From assembly GCA_025054955.1 (NCBI GenBank), contig JANWZE010000108.1:13830-77829 (forward strand): a stretch of 64,000 nt of DNA, in the 5' to 3' direction. Below, in pieces: positions 63,700-64,000 of the stretch; within the stretch, counting starts at the first letter, position 1; every line of letters begins with the position of its first letter. Position numbers and translations under genes: made by a program. The stretch comes from Blastocatellia bacterium. Its GTDB lineage: Bacteria > Acidobacteriota > Blastocatellia > HR10 > J050. The notes under the pieces are model-generated. The model was not told where the DNA came from, ran no database searches, and saw nothing but the letters and a program-made list of their open reading frames with translations.

Positions 63700-64000
63700 C
63701 TACGCAATGATGTCGGTGACGGTGCCGGCGCCGACCGTGCGTCCACCTTCGCGGATGGCAAACCGCACGCCCCGCTCCAACGCGATCGGCGTGATCAACT
63801 CCACCTCCAACGACACATTATCCCCCGGCATCACCATCTCCGTCCCTTCCGGCAAATAGACCGTCCCCGTCACATCCGTCGTCCGAAAATAAAACTGCGG
63901 CCGATACCCCTTGAAAAACGGCGTGTGCCGCCCACCTTCCTCCTTCCTCAACACGTACACCTCCGCCTTGAACTTCGTGTGCGGCGTGATCGTCCCAGGC
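63700..64000 (-). CDS. tuf: Elongation factor Tu, C-terminal part; 5' end lies beyond the window
   Basis: …[26 protein letters not shown]…[18 protein letters not shown] is EF-Tu domain 3. The reading frame continues to the window edge. Confidence 0.85.
   Translation of the reverse strand, partial: PGTITPHTKFKAEVYVLRKEEGGRHTPFFKGYRPQFYFRTTDVTGTVYLPEGTEMVMPGDNVSLEVELITPIALERGVRFAIREGGRTVGAGTVTDIIA

Overview
GC-rich bacterial chromosomal window of 64 kb, probably from a Gram-negative lineage. It carries a very large TonB-dependent receptor of the kind common in Acidobacteriota, but that assignment is low confidence.

Content in order:
(1) A partial M20 peptidase, a VOC-fold protein, a GAF-PP2C phosphatase and an OmpR-type regulator/histidine-kinase pair.
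(2) A tightly packed 10-gene plus-strand operon: mrpA, an M50B site-2 protease with a CBS pair, mrpBCDEFG, an AbgT-family transporter and a CaCA Ca2+/cation antiporter.
(3) A long minus-strand block. It holds an 8-gene catabolic operon (Fe-ADH, CoA-acylating MmsA/IolA-type ALDH, sugar-type ABC transporter, TIM-barrel sugar-phosphate isomerase, Gfo/Idh/MocA dehydrogenase), a lipid-type cluster (HAD phosphatase, secreted alpha/beta-hydrolase, MaoC dehydratase, acyl-CoA dehydrogenase) and the ~1000-aa TonB-dependent receptor.
(4) rplM-rpsI and rpsB-tsf-pyrH-frr.
(5) A stand-alone ClpB-NBD2-like AAA+ ATPase, a membrane-anchored tandem cyclophilin, hisIE and moeA-moaC.
(6) accC and accB, pepP, and the S10/spc/alpha ribosomal-protein supercluster from partial tuf through rplQ, including secY-adk-map-rpmJ with no infA.

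The most unusual content is non-coding. Every large intergenic gap is filled by related short-repeat families:
- palindromic arrays with 7-bp periodicity;
- tandem 57-80-bp units containing a GNRA-loop hairpin that shows compensatory base changes between copies;
- GTGGACAG/GATCAGTG hairpin elements, which also sit in abnormally long spacers inside the ribosomal-protein operons.

The other standout is the S2P protease embedded between mrpA and mrpB.
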